Below, piece by piece: positions 46,317 through 59,644 of a stretch of DNA of 64,000 bases. This stretch comes from Macrostomum hystrix (lineage: Eukaryota; Animalia; Platyhelminthes): NCBI GenBank assembly GCA_950097015.1, contig CATNEN010000039.1, positions 14,198,001 through 14,262,000 of the forward strand. Direction: 5' to 3'. A model generated the notes under the pieces. The model was not told where the DNA came from and did no database searches. It saw only the letters and a list, made by a program, of their open reading frames with translations. The position numbers and the translations under genes were made by a program. Positions within the stretch are counted from its first letter, which is position 1; each line of letters starts with the position of its first letter.

Positions 46317-47555
46317 AGCAGCAGCAGCAGCAACAACCCTATCTGCATCCTTTACAGAAACAGCAGCAGCAGCAACTACAACCCTATCTGCATCCTTTAC
46401 AGAAACAGCAACAGCAGCAGCAACTACAACCCTATCTGCATCCTTTACAGAAACAGCAGCAGCAGCAGCAACTACAACCCTATCTGCATCCATTTCAGAA
46501 ACAGCAGCAGCAGCAGCAACTACAACCCTATCTGCATCCTTTACAGAAACAGCAAAAGCAGCAGCAACTACAACCCTATCTGCATCCTTTACAGAAACAG
46601 CAGCAGCAGCAGCAACTACAACCCTATCTGCATCCATTTCAGAAACAGCAGCAGCAGCAGCAACTACAACCCTATCTGCATCCTTTACAGAAACAGCAAA
46701 AGCAGCAGCAACTACAACCCTATCTGCATCCTTTACAGAAACAGCAACAGCAGCAGCAACTACAACCCTATCTGCATCCTTTACAGAAACAGCAACAGCA
46801 GCAGCAACTACAACCCTATCTGCATCCTTTACAGAAACAGCAGCAGCAGCAGCAACTACAACCCTATCTGCATCCATTTCAGAAACAGCAACAGCAGCAG
46901 CAACTACAACCCTATCTGCATCCTTTACAGAAACAGCAACAGCAGCAGCAACTACAACCCTATCTGCATCCTTTACAGAAACAGCAACAGCAGCAGCAAC
47001 TACAACCCTATCTGCATCCATTTCAGAAACAGCAGCAGCAGCAGCAACTGCAACCCTATCTGCATCCTTTACAGAAACAGCAGCAGCAGCAGCAACTACA
47101 ACCCTATCTGCATCCATTACAGAAACAGCAGCAGCAGCAACTACAACCCTATCTGCATCCATTACAGAAACAGCAGCAGCAGCAACTACAACCCTATCTG
47201 CATCCTTTACAGAAACAGCAGCAGCAGCAACTACAACCCTATCTGCATCCATTTCAGAAACAGCAGCAGCAGCAACTACAACCCTATCTGCATCCATTAC
47301 AGAAACAGCAGCAGCAGCAACTACAACCCTATCTGCATCCTTTACAGAAACAGCAGCAGCAGCAGCAACTACAACCCTATCTGCATCCTTTACAGAAACA
47401 GCAGCAGCAGCAGCAACTACAACCCTATCTGCATCCATTACAGAAACAGCAGCAGCAGCAACTACAACCCTATCTGCAGCCATTACAGAAACAGCAGCAG
47501 CAGCAGCAACTACAACCCTATCTGCATACATTTTGAAACAGCAGCAGCAGCAGCA
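46317..47555 (+). repeat. 45/48-bp CAG-containing minisatellite, U2
   Basis: Same unit; three more copies than U1. Confidence 0.95.
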
Positions 47556-49396
47556 TAGGTTCTACGGCCTTGAGATGGAAGAGAGCAGTAGGAAGGGGCC
47601 CTGTTGCAAGACCAAAGGGAAGCAAGATGAAGGCGACCAAGAGCAGGACCAGCCCGATGCGCACCGACCAAGGAAGCAGGAGGAGCAGTAAGGACACGGG
47701 CAAGGCCGTCACCAGGGACTCGTGGTGCAGTAGCTCGGGCAAAATCAGAATCAGAAGTCTGTGATACCGAGAGAGAAAAGCAAGCGATTCAACGAACACC
47801 GTGCGCGTCACGTGAAGGACAGCAAGGCAGTGAGCTTCAAGAAGGCAATCGGGGAGGCCGACGATATCAGCAGGCGAGCCGGCGACCAGGCACTCAATCC
47901 CGTGGGGCATCACCTCACTCCAATCCCATGGGGCATCACCTCACTCCAATCCCATGGGGCATCACCTCACTCCAATCCCATGGGGCATCACCTCACTCCA
48001 ATCCCATGGGGCATCACCTGACTCCAATCCCATGGGCATCACCTCACTCCAATCCCATGGGGCATCACCTGACTCCAATCCCATGGGGCATCACGTCACT
48101 CCAGTCGAATAGGGCATCACATCACTCCAATCCCATGGGGCATCACCTCACTCCAATCCCATGGGCCATCACCTCACTCCAATCCCATTGGGCATCACCT
48201 GACTCCAATCACATGGGGCATCACCTCACTCAAATCCCATTGGGCATCACCTCACTCCAATCACATGGGGCATCACCTCACTCAAATCCCATTGGGCATC
48301 ACCTCACTCCAATCACATGGGGCATCACCTCACTCCAATCCCATGGGCCATCACCTCACTCCAATCACATGGGGCATCACCTCACTCCAATCCCATGGGC
48401 CATCACCTCACTCCAATCCCATGGGGCATCACCTCACTCCAATCCCATGGGGCATCACCTCACTCCAATCACATGGGGCATCACCTCACTCAAATCCCAT
48501 GGGCCATCACCTCACTCCAATCCCATGGGGCATCACCTCACTCCAATCCCATGGGGCATCACCTCACTCCAATCCCATGGGGCATCACCTCACTCCAATC
48601 ACATGGGGCATCACCTCACTCCGATCGAAGGGACAAGATTTCTTCAGTGTCTGGGTGGGGTCTCACAATGAGTCATGCTCAATGGATTGTCTATACACTG
48701 CTCTTACCACCACTTTGCGAGAAAATAGCTGCGGAAAGCAACGACTGACAAGACTGAAGAGTCACAAAGAATAATATTAATACCTTGAGACCTTGGCAGC
48801 AAGACAAGCTTAGAAGATGAGACAGGGGAGAGATGAGACGGGTGAAAAAAGAAAGGGGAGAAAAGAGGCAGGTGCGAGAGTTGTAAGATAAATTGATGAC
48901 ACATGAGAGAGATGTGAGACCGTCTTGAGACCGTCTTAGATAAGATAGGAAGAGAGATAAGACATGGGGAGAGAGATCTGACTAGGGAGACATGTGTCAG
49001 GGGTGAGATGAGACTGGGAGTTTAGGAAGGGGCTTGACTCTGCGGCTGCAAACCGGTTGCAAACAAAGGTCTTTGAACTCAACGTGGTATGCGGCCAGTC
49101 AGCAGTGTCGCGTACCTGTGCTCGATCAGGTGCCTCTGGTTACGGCTACAGCTACTGTTCAGGTAAAGGCGTCATCTGTCTGACCTCAAAAGGCTACGCA
49201 GCCACGCTGCTGGATTTTGTACTGCTTTTTGCTGCCCTTTAAGGACAAGGTCTCTTCTTGCTGAGGGCGCTTGTCGGAGACTAGTCATGTCGTTTGTGGC
49301 TTTTCTTTTCTTCTGCTTTCTTTTCTCTTTTAGTGTGAGTCACCTCGCACTGTGAGCGTTGGTTACCTCGAGAGGGCGAACTGAGTTCGGTTGGGC

Positions 49397-50753
49397 CAGC
49401 GCGGCCCCAGCCTCTCAGGAACCGCCTCCGCTGGGTGAACAGCCAGCAAGCCTATCTTCAGCGCGGCCCCAGCCTCTCAGGAACCGCCTCCGCTGGGTGA
49501 CCAGCCAGCAAGCCTATCTTCAGCGCGGCCCCAGCCTCTCAGGAACCACCTCCGCTGGGTGACCAGCCAGCAAGCCTATCTTCAGCGCGGCCCCAGCCTC
49601 TCAGGAACCGCCTCCGCTGGGTGACCAGCCAGCAAGCCTATCTTCAGCGCGGCCCCAGCCTCTCAGGAACCACCTCCGCTGGGTGACCAGCCAGCAAGCC
49701 TATCTTCAGCGCGGCCCCAGCCTCTCAGGAACCGCCTCCGCTGGGTGACCAGCCAGCAAGCCTATCTTCAGCGCGGCCCCAGCCTCTCAGGAACCGCCTC
49801 CGCTGGGTGACCAGCCAGCAAGCCTATCTTCAGCGCGGCCCCAGCCTCTCAGGAACCACCTCCGCTGGGTGACCAGCCAGCAAGCCTATCTTCAGCGCGG
49901 CCCCAGCCTCTCAGGAACCGACTCCGCTGGGTGACCAGCCAGCAAGCCTATCTTCAGCGCGGCCCCAGCCTCTCAGGAACCGCCTCCGCTGGGTGACCAG
50001 CCAGCAAGCCTATCTTCAGCGCGACCCCAGCCTCTCAGGAACCGCCTCCGCTGGGTGACCAGCCAGCAAGCCTATCTTCAGCGCGGCCCCAGCCTCTCAG
50101 GAACCGCCTCCGCTGGGTGACCAGCCAGCAAGCCTATCTTCAGCGCGGCCCCAGCCTCTCAGGAACCGCCTCCGCTGGGTGACCAGCCAGCAAGCCTATC
50201 TTCAGCGCGGCCCCAGCCTCTCAGGAACCGCCTCCGCTGGGTGACCAGCCAGCAAGCCTATCTTCAGCGCGGCCCCAGCCTCTCAGGAACCGACTCCGCT
50301 GGGTGACCAGCCAGCAAGCCTATCTTCAGCGCGGCCCCAGCCTCTCAGGAACCGCCTCCGCTGGGTGACCAGCCAGCAAGCCTATCTTCAGCGCGGCCCC
50401 AGCCTCTCAGGAACCGCCTCCGCTGGGTGACCAGCCAGCAAGCCTATCTTCAGCGCGGCCCCAGCCTCTCAGGAACCGCCTCCGCTGGGTGACCAGCCAG
50501 CAAGCCTATCTTCAGCGCGGCCCCAGCCTCTCAGGAACCGCCTCCGCTGGGTGACCAGCCAGCAAGCCTATCTTCAGCGCGGCCCCAGCCTCTCAGGAAC
50601 CGCCTCCGCTGGGTGACCAGCCAGCAAGCCTATCTTCAGCGCGGCCCCAGCCTCTCAGGAACCGCCTCCGCTGGGTGACCAGCCAGCAAGCCTATCTTCA
50701 GCGCGGCCCCAGCCTCTCAGGAACCGCCTCCGCTGGGTGACCAGCCAGCAAGC
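49397..50753 (+). repeat. 62-bp minisatellite (~22 units)
   Basis: Same unit as 1977-2527. Confidence 0.95.
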
Positions 50754-51680
50754 ATCGAAGAACTACAATCAAGTAGGCAGCATTCACAGACAAAAAAAAT
50801 TACACACTGCTGCAACCTTGAACAAGGTCAGTAAAAAATCATTAAACTGATGTACCATAAAGAAGTCTATATTCGAAAATGATACACCAGACAAGATCTT
50901 TAAGGGCTTCATTCATCGATTCAATCAAGCCCTGCATTCCACGTCCAAATGTTCTGTGAGGACCAACTTCGCTTGCTTCTGGGAAGAATGGACTCTCATG
51001 GCTGCACCTGGATGCCTTGCAGGAGGAATTGTTAAGGCTGTTAACTTTTCCAACAAACCCGTTTCGGAAGCGGTCTAAAGAAATTAAAGGAATTAATTAA
51101 ACGAAGCGCAACAATTTCAAACAGGCAAGAGAGGCTAGGTTTTTAGGGCACTTGACAGTAACATAGCCATGCAGGCACGAGTATCGGCCGATACAAACAA
51201 ATTCCAATTTTCTAGCTCCTGTACTGCAGTAAAATACTGAAATAGTTGTTTTGCACATTAAACACTCGTCCGCGTACAGAGATATTTATTTATTCTGCAG
51301 ACTTGAAAATGCAACCTTTTTATTGTCTTTTCAATAGTAGATTAAGAAAGAAACATGCAGCTTAATGCTGCCAGTGCGTTAGCTGCGTAAACATGCTTGC
51401 TGTTTAAAAATTTATTCATATAAGAGTGTTTATGTTAGAAGCGTATAGTTGTGTTTTATGCGAAACAACAGAGAAAAAAAACAACTAAAAATTCATGTTT
51501 CTGCGTTCTAATGCATCAGTTTATATACTCGTACTACTAGAGTATATTAGTTCTGCTGTTATTGTTTGTTATGAATGTTTCTGATACAGTTATATAAGTA
51601 AATCAAATTGGTTAAAAACGAACTGTCCTTGGAACAGAAAACACGCTAAGCAAATTTAGCAATGTTCACTGAAGCAACTA

Positions 51681-52704
51681 TAGCTTTTTGCAAATGAATT
51701 CAGCCTATCTGCAAAACCCTTCAGCCAGCCAGGGCCAGCCCATTGAGTGGAAGCCAGAATTCCCCATAGACAACTGGCTCATCCCGCAGTACAATTCAGC
51801 CAATCTGCAATATAATTCGTCCAATGCCAATTTTTAACTGCATGCAAACCAATACAAAATAATTCTGTAACTCTGTAACTATGTAACATGGGCTCAAAAC
51901 ATTGAAAAATATAAAAACAATTGGTAAGTTCTTGAGTTCATGAATTATAGCAAAATTAGAAAAGAATGTCTTCGCGGTTCAAGCACCGTCCGTAGTAGCG
52001 AGTGGTGTGATGGCTCCACTGCATGCATTTCTCCCTGGTAATCACCGGCAGTGCAGCCTCCACCTCCCGTTTGAGAATGAGCATTCGCCAAGCATGCAGA
52101 GTCAGATTTGCCGCAGCTGGCCCATTTGCAATCTCCTGCTGCACATTGGGAGCCGACAGAGTTCGCTTGACTGCAGCCTTGACGCATGAACCGGCGCACT
52201 CAGCAGGGTTGAGAAATGGAGAGTAAGGCGGCAGTTGGAAAGTTGAGTGCTGTGGTGAGAGACCGGGGACCGCATTGTGGGCTCGTGCGCCATCAAAAAC
52301 CAGGGTCCACTCAGCTTCCACCAGAACATCTTTAGCTTTGCCACGCGCCCTTCCCGATTGTACACGGAGATGACAGTCCTAGCCGTTTTTCGTTTCACTC
52401 CAAGGACATCAGCCAGTCCGACCCAATCGCGTCCCTCTTCGTACGCTGATACCAACCTGGTCCTGTCTTCGTTCGACACGGGATTGTAGGCACCACGAAT
52501 CATGTTATAAACTCTATTGATGAACTCTATTGATGGAGTTTGAATGAAAGGTTTTGCGGCTTTGTGGGTAGCAGAAGCAAGTTGTCTATGGCAGAAAGCA
52601 CCCTGAGCCAGTTGTCTATGGGGAATTCTGGCTTCCACTCAATGGGCTGGCCCTGGCTGGCTGAAAGGTTTTGCAGATAGGCTGAATTCATTCGCAAAAA
52701 GCTA
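51681..52704 (-). mobile_element. Internally deleted Tc1/IS630-type DNA transposon (1,024 bp)
   Basis: ~101-bp TIRs (TAGCTTTTTGCAAATGAATTCAGCC...) and TA TSD. An N-terminal HTH fragment is fused out of frame to LVFDGARAH...LPPYSPFLNPAE. An empty-site-like paralog lies at ~52832-52937. Confidence 0.92.
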
Positions 52705-53322
52705 TATTTAGACTTAGGATGCTCATTTTTTACAAAAACACAGTTCTCAGAAGGTAAATTGCAAAAGTATAGTTTCACTTTACTTTTTTTCTTGGCGAAT
52801 TTACCTGTCTACCGTCAAGGCCGTTTTCGTGGAACAGAAAACACGCTTTAGCGATGTTGAGCGATGTTCACTGAAGCAAACTATTTAGATATGGGATGTT
52901 CAATTTTTACACAAATACTGTTCTCAGATGGTAAATTATTTTTTTGTAAAAGTCTTCAAAAGTTGTATATCAAAAGTTGTAGTTATATATTTAACTTTTT
53001 CTACATCCGGAACTAGAACTAAACAACCGTCATTCACAAATGTGATAGCCTTAATTGAAGTTGAAAATAATTCTAATTAGAGTTTTTTCTCGTGAGAAGC
53101 AAATTTGGTACCTAATAAAATTTCAATTTTTTCACTAAAAGACAGCCGCTAAGCAATTTAAATATACATCAAAGTTGCCTTGTGACAGAAAAATAGGTTT
53201 TATCTTTTATTTTCTAAGACACTTCAAATACCATACGTAGCCTAATAGTATTGTTTGTTAGTTACGTATTTCTTGGTTATTTCTTAGATTACTTAGATTT
53301 TCCAAGTCTGTCTACAAGAGTA

Positions 53323-54915
53323 TACCTTTTTGCAATTGAATTCGCGCTGAAACAGCAAAACAATTCGCCTATAGAACCTACTGTCGTCTAAAAATAGTAA
53401 GCCCATTCACACAATGCGAAAACGGCGAGATTGAATTCGCCGAAATTTCATTTGAATTCGCGTTACGCGCCAATGGCTTGTATTCATTTGACAGGACAAA
53501 AAGCTTCGAAGGGGAAACAATCAAAGAGGAAACAAAGTTTGCGAACTGATGTAGAATAAAGTCAACCGAACGATCAAAGAAAAGAGCAATCAATTATGCC
53601 AAAATGTCTTCATGATTCAGGCAGCGATTCAAGTAGGTTGCCGTGTGATCAGCCCACTGCAAGCATGCTTCTGCTATGTGATCTCCTTTAGGGCGACCGT
53701 CACCTCACGTCTCAGAATTCCCATTCTCCAGGTGTGCAATGTACGTGATGCCAAGGTTTGCTGCTGCAGCCGTATTGAGCAGTTCCGCACGAACTTCAGG
53801 CTGTGAGAGCAAGCGTCCGACGGCAGTCTTTAAGCAGGAGCCAGCCATCTCAGCCGCATTTAAAAAGGGCGAGTATGGAGCCAGCTGTTCGGTGGAATGT
53901 GACCTGCATAAGCCCAGGAACATTGTTGTGAGCGCGAGCGCCATCATACACCAGAGTCCATGTGGCTCGTCCACTAGCTCATTTAACTCAGACAAAAATG
54001 CTGCGAAATGGCCGCTTGTGAATCCGCCATCCACCAGCGCATGGTGTACCGGCCAGACCCCATTGGGGTGAAACCGCCAGACAAATTGTCAGGTTTCTCC
54101 CTCGTTGTCCGCTCGTAATCATAACGGCTCGTTCGCCTCTGGGTGCGCGAGCCCGACTCTTTGCTGTCCTTTAAATTCACTCCAAACTCGTCCAAGAGAA
54201 CACCAGATTCCCTCCCATATACCGTCATTCAACATCCAACTCGCGAACTGCCACCGAGCCTCCTTCACCACGTCCGTGTTCCAGTTCGCAGTAATCTGAC
54301 GACTTGCCTTTAGAGTGATGAGCTGGCAGTCAAGCATCCGACTGAGCGTTGAAAGACTTGGTGCCTGTTGGCCAGGATTCTGAGCCTGTAGGCGGTCTCT
54401 CATGCTGACAAGGGTGACATTGGGGGTTTCTTCAATCAGAAGCTTCACACTCTCAATCAGATCTTCAGTAAGCAGCTTCGGTCGTCCGCCTCCTCGGGGT
54501 AGTCTCTCAACAAGTCCCTCTGCAGCATATCGTTCGATAATGCCCCTTGCCGTGCGCTTGTTGATTTCCAAGGTTTCAGCCGAATCCAATCTCTGCCTTC
54601 ATCATATACGATCGTGTCAGGCGCAATCTATCCGTCGTCGATACTGGCTTGTACGGTCCTCTCAGAATTTTGAAAACAGGATAGAGAAGGACTGCCGAAT
54701 TTAAATTGCTGCGATTTAAGCAACATATAGCAACAACAACAACAACAACAACGACAACGACAACAACAACAACAACAACACGTTGTTAAAATGCAATTTC
54801 GGCGAATTCAATCTCGACTTTTAGCTTAATGTCTATGGGCTTACTATTTTTAGACCACATTGGCTTCTATCGGGAATTGTTTTGCAGTTTCGGCGAATTC
54901 AATTGCAAAAAGGTA
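53323..54915 (-). mobile_element. Degenerate full-length Tc1/IS630-type transposon (1,593 bp) with a frameshifted transposase
   Basis: Imperfect TIRs TACCTTTTTGCAATTGAATTCGC and TA TSD. Fragments LPRGGGRPKLL, LLDEFGVNL, LVYDGARAH and LAPYSPFLNAAE lie in different frames. Confidence 0.9.
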
Positions 54916-55610
54916 TAATAAGTAACTTACGGCGTTTTTAACGATCACGTTTCTTTTACGGTATGAATTTAAATTTGATAAGTTTTAAACATTCTATTTA
55001 AAGTGCATGATAAAGGCAATGGCTGCGTTATAACAACTATAGGTTAGTTAGTTAGTATAGGTTGCGTATAACTGGCCCTACTCACGAATCGGTAACGGAA
55101 ATTTCGGTAAAAGGCAGCTACATTTAGGTAACACTCAGTACACTTCGGTAACATCCTTCAGTATTTTTTTCTAACGATTGCAAGCACAATAACACTTTAG
55201 GCTTTATATTGGTATTGTACATTTGGCAAGTGCCACTGTCCTGCCATTATTTTAATCTTTACGCATTTACACATAATTACAGTAAAATAGGTGGTCATTT
55301 GTACGTCATGACATATTTTACTTATTTAGCTTTACATTGCTATTTGTACATTTAGCAAATGCCACTTTCTGCTTTTTGTACATTTAGCAAATGCCACTTT
55401 CATGCCAATATTTTAATATTTTTGTAATTTATTTATTTATATTTTTTTATTCCTTTTTTATTTCCTTTGGCTTTGGCCTTAGTAAACAATAAATAATTGA
55501 ACTTAAACCTAAAAAAATAATCAATACTTTGCTGCTTAATTTATGCTATAGGGCCTAGGGTTATTTTTTTAATTAAGATCTTACCAAATGGCACCAATGT
55601 TGTAGGCCTA

Positions 55611-56253
55611 GGGTAATGTATCATCAACCAAACAAGAATGTGTATTTTTTTAACTTCAAACCTAAGCTACAGATTTTCTATTTAAGATATGATGATAAAT
55701 CAAAAGCCAAGTTATAGAAAACAGTTACATCTTTCTAAAAAGTATCTGCTTTTGCTATTTTATCAAATAGAAAAAAGTTATTCCTGCTTTTTTTTCTAAA
55801 ACCGAACAATGATTTTCATGTATCTTCAAACCAAACAGAGAATTTGATGTTTGGTTTTAAAATTTGAGTGAGTGGTTTAATCTTATTTTAAGGAGTTAAC
55901 TATCATGAATTATGTCATTTGAAGGCATTTTTCATGCTCTATAAATAACTACATTTATGGTCATTTAATTGGCAAGCAACCACATACAATCTTAGTCTAA
56001 AGTACATACTGAAAAAATGTTGTTAAAAAGTATGCTTTTGCAATAAAAATTTCTACTGAAACATCAATATCTTTCTTTCCTCTTAATGCTTCATTGCACA
56101 TCATGCCTCAGCTTGTAGATAATTTCTTCAACTTTCAAATTAGTTGTTCTGTGAAACACAATAGCTTGTTTCTGTCTTGCATAAGACCAAGGAAGAAGTC
56201 AAAATTCTTGTTCGGTTTTGAAGATACACTGTTCGGTTGATGATACATTACCC
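55611..56253. mobile_element. MITE / non-autonomous DNA transposon (643 bp)
   Basis: 24-bp TIRs GGGTAATGTATCATCAACC(A/G)AACA, flanked by TA on both sides, with an AT-rich non-coding interior. Confidence 0.8.
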
Positions 56254-57629
56254 TAGCTCTATAGTCAGGATGATGTACATTATGCTGGAAATTTCTGGCA
56301 TACAATTAAAAATTTACTTTCTGACATAAAATTGTGAATTGGCGTAAAAAAGGATGTAGAATATATTTGGCATATTATAAAATCATAAAGAACATAAAGC
56401 TCATAAAATGAAAGTTTATAAGTATATGTGATTTATAAAAATGTAAAAGTCCACACAAACTAGTCATGTAATTTTCTGAAAAAACCTAATGAAATAAGGC
56501 AGTTGTTATTTGTCTGGTTAGGCCTAACCGGACAAATAGCCGTTTGATTATTCATCCGGTTAAATTAAAACCAAAACTTTTCGGTGTTGACTATATCTCC
56601 TGCATCTTGCTATACTGAGTAAATTTGACATTTTAAAAGCCTTAAGTTGAAGGGAATCAGATTCAAGGACCACTGTAGCATAACTATAGATTTATACTAC
56701 TGTAGTTATATACTGTAATTATAACTGTAGTTATACTACAGTTATAAAGGGGGTGGCGAGTGGAGGTGAGTGTGTACAGGAAACTGCAGACCTCCTATTC
56801 CTAAGCCTTCCCACAGAACTAGGGCAGTGCTGACTCCCCAGATTGCCTGGAGGCTGCTCAGCAGACTACAGCACATCACTTGTGTCAGACTTATGTAAAA
56901 AGTTTGTGTGCACATGTTATTTTGGTTTTATATAAAAAAATATATTTATGATAAATTTAGATAGATTAAAAAGGACAGCTTTTAAAATACAAAGTATTTG
57001 GTATTTGATTATAGTTTCATACTTTTTAACTATTTAAACTGCAACATTTCCACTTTAGTGGCAGCCAATTAAGCAACCAACACTTTAGTAGCAAGTGATA
57101 TTATCCATTTTTTTATCAGAGTTGCTTAAGCTGGTCTTAAACCTCAAAAAGTTAAATATTTAATTGTTCTTCCATTTGATATTTTTAGACTCTACAAATA
57201 AAAGCTATCTAAAGTGTAATAGAGAAATTGTTCAACAAAAAATTCTATAGGATAGCCCAAACTTATAGTGATACCATGCAAGTAATTTATAGCTTATGCA
57301 CATTCAAAACTGTCAAGATAGCCATCCTGCTATCTGTTCATAACAATTATTACAAAGAAACCTTGGTCGATAAGATAGCAAAGTACATTATACAGAAATC
57401 AATAATCAGAGAACAACTGCCTTTTGGTCTAAGCAGCCAACAACTGATGTAGGTTGTCTTTCTACAATATTTTTACAATGTTGTTGGTTTTTGGTCAGAG
57501 ATTTATCAATTAGTTAAAAAATATCTAAATTATTCAACTTTTTTCTCTTTTAGTTTGACTAAGTCCGTTTCACTTTCACCAGGCTGACTAAGTGAAAATA
57601 ATCCATCGAAAAAACTGGCCAAAGAAGTC

Positions 57630-58901
57630 ATGAAGCTGAAACCCACTGCAAGACAGCAGCGTCAAACTTTGCATCCCATCAACAATGAGAAGGCTCTGCA
57701 AAGCCCAAGACATGCTGAGAAGCTGGTGCATCAACAGTTGCCAATACCATCGCCAATGCATTGCGAAGTAAAGGAGGATCAGGAGCAGATAATGCTGCTG
57801 TTGGAGAAGCAGCAGGTAGTTGCTAGCACATATCCTTGCGGCCTCTGTGCCCAGGAATTTCCCAGTAAACTGGAACTGATCTCACACTTTTATATCTGCT
57901 GCCAGAGTATGCTGGAGCTGGCGCCGCCGCCCTCCTTGTGCACTCCACAATCGCTGCCGTCAGGAATATCAATAATTAGTCAACAGGAGCAGAATCCAAA
58001 TCAAAAGTACAACTTTTTTTACTCGGCTGGGTTAAATTTGCGCTCCGCGCCGCCGATACTGCTAAGATCGTGCGCCCATCATCAGTCCCTTGCCATCGTT
58101 AATACGCAGCCTAGTCTGCAGAACATCGATATAGACGCCGAGGATTTAGAATCCGCTTGCATTAGTCCAGACAGCGAGCTATTCTGGCGCCCAATGCTAG
58201 CCGCTGCTCAGCTTGGCGTGACTAGCGAGCTTGGCTGCCGTGTACCGGGCCTGTTTCCCCGGCAAATCATTGATCCGCACGGCTATGAAAAATTCTGCCC
58301 GGCTGCGCCAGGTCATCGATTCCCTGCTGGCGCAGCATCGTCTAGTTCAGCAACAGCCGGCGGCGGCAGTCGCCTAGACCGATTGCGGCTCAGCAATCGT
58401 TATTGTCATTTCTGGTCCTATCAGGGCTGCAAATCTCGCGTGCTCAGAGCCAGACGCGAGAAACAATTAACTACTATTATTAATCGCCGGCAGCGGAACA
58501 AAGATCCGGTGAAAAGTCGGCCACGCCTGTTGGCAGATCGGCCGCCTAGGCAGTCGCCAGTTGTTGAAGCTGTCATGAAAGATTGCAGCGTTGCACTGGT
58601 GCGACTGCCAGATACACCAGAGGGTCTGGGCTTAAAGCCTTGCAGTGTTGTGTTGGAACGAATTCGGCTGCCACTATCAGATTGTCAAATTGCTCTTACA
58701 CGTATTGACCTAGCTGATAAGGCAGTTGTTAATGTCAACAAGGATGAAAGCGTCTGTGAGGGCTTGTCTCCAGCTAGGGCCACATCGGCTAGCAGACGAT
58801 CGCACCAATTGGCATCGATCGATGGCTGGCAAGTTGATCTCTGGCCAATCAGTGATGACCGGCTGGCTAACCAGTGTCCTACAATGCGTCTGTTTCATTG
58901 A
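57630..58901 (+). CDS. Host protein, 423 aa, with a C2HC/C2H2-like zinc finger and three Cx(V/I)xLxR motifs
   Basis: YPCGLCAQEFPSKLELISHFYIC, DCSVALVRL, PCSVVLERI and DCQIALTRI. GC-rich ORF in an AT-rich background, with an acceptor-like TTCTCTTTTAG at ~57552. Confidence 0.7.
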   Translation: MKLKPTARQQRQTLHPINNEKALQSPRHAEKLVHQQLPIPSPMHCEVKEDQEQIMLLLEKQQVVASTYPCGLCAQEFPSKLELISHFYICCQSMLELAPPPSLCTPQSLPSGISIISQQEQNPNQKYNFFYSAGLNLRSAPPILLRSCAHHQSLAIVNTQPSLQNIDIDAEDLESACISPDSELFWRPMLAAAQLGVTSELGCRVPGLFPRQIIDPHGYEKFCPAAPGHRFPAGAASSSSATAGGGSRLDRLRLSNRYCHFWSYQGCKSRVLRARREKQLTTIINRRQRNKDPVKSRPRLLADRPPRQSPVVEAVMKDCSVALVRLPDTPEGLGLKPCSVVLERIRLPLSDCQIALTRIDLADKAVVNVNKDESVCEGLSPARATSASRRSHQLASIDGWQVDLWPISDDRLANQCPTMRLFH

Positions 58902-59329
58902 GTGGGCATTGATTTTTTAATCCTTTGGTTAAACTAAATTCGCATAGTTCAAGTATCTTTCTATTCTAGCTTCGAAAGCACTAATTTAGCAATGTATCTG
59001 TGTCGTCAGGAGCACATGTCAGTCCTAAAGACTTGTATATTTTTTCAGTTTATTTTTTTCTGTATCTTAATGAAATTATTTTTTATGTCGTTCTTGCTAT
59101 TTGCAAATGTAAAACAAAGGAAAATGTTTGTACTTTGTGTGGCTTGTCAAGATCTGATTTGTTATGTTTTTGTTATTAATATGCCTTCCATAAACTTTTT
59201 ATTTACAAAAGAATTTGTATTGCAAGCAAAATTTCAAGATAAATGAAATTGTTTTTCTTGTGTCTTTGTTAAACTATTCCTTATTTTACTATTACTAAAC
59301 AGCAGGTATAGTTACATCCATAATCCTGT

Positions 59330-59644
59330 TTAATAATTAATAAATAATAAAAATAGTAATAATAGATAACACCTGCCCTAATGTTCAGCCGACAGCACAG
59401 CCGCAGCTATTGCGCGGCGCATCTGAAGGCTGCGTACAGCTGTTCAGTCCATGGACTTAAGGGACACACCACCACCCTGAATTACCCCAGCTAATGCTGG
59501 TACCCATTTAACTGCTGGGTGACTGAATCAATGCTGAGTTAAGTGTCTTGCTAAAGGACAAAAATTGTTCAAGTGGAGTCGAGGAATCGAACCGCCGACT
59601 TTCAAGTCGTGAGTCCGACGCCCTAACCACTAGGCTAAAACCTC
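59330..59644 (-). mobile_element. tRNA-derived SINE
   Basis: Minus-strand A box TAGCCTAGTGG and B box GGTTCGATTCC, then GCAAGACACTTAAC...CACCCAG...AATGGGTACC (resembles conserved SINE central domains) and an AT-rich tail. Confidence 0.8.

Larger units (their letters stand above)
35573..51740 (+). repeat. Tandem duplication unit U2 (~16.2 kb)
   Basis: Colinear with U1; continues into the intact Tc1-type TIR after 51740. Confidence 0.93.

Noticed and set aside
59570-59644. tRNA gene
   Set aside because: A and B boxes are present but the acceptor stem is poor and the sequence continues into a SINE body.
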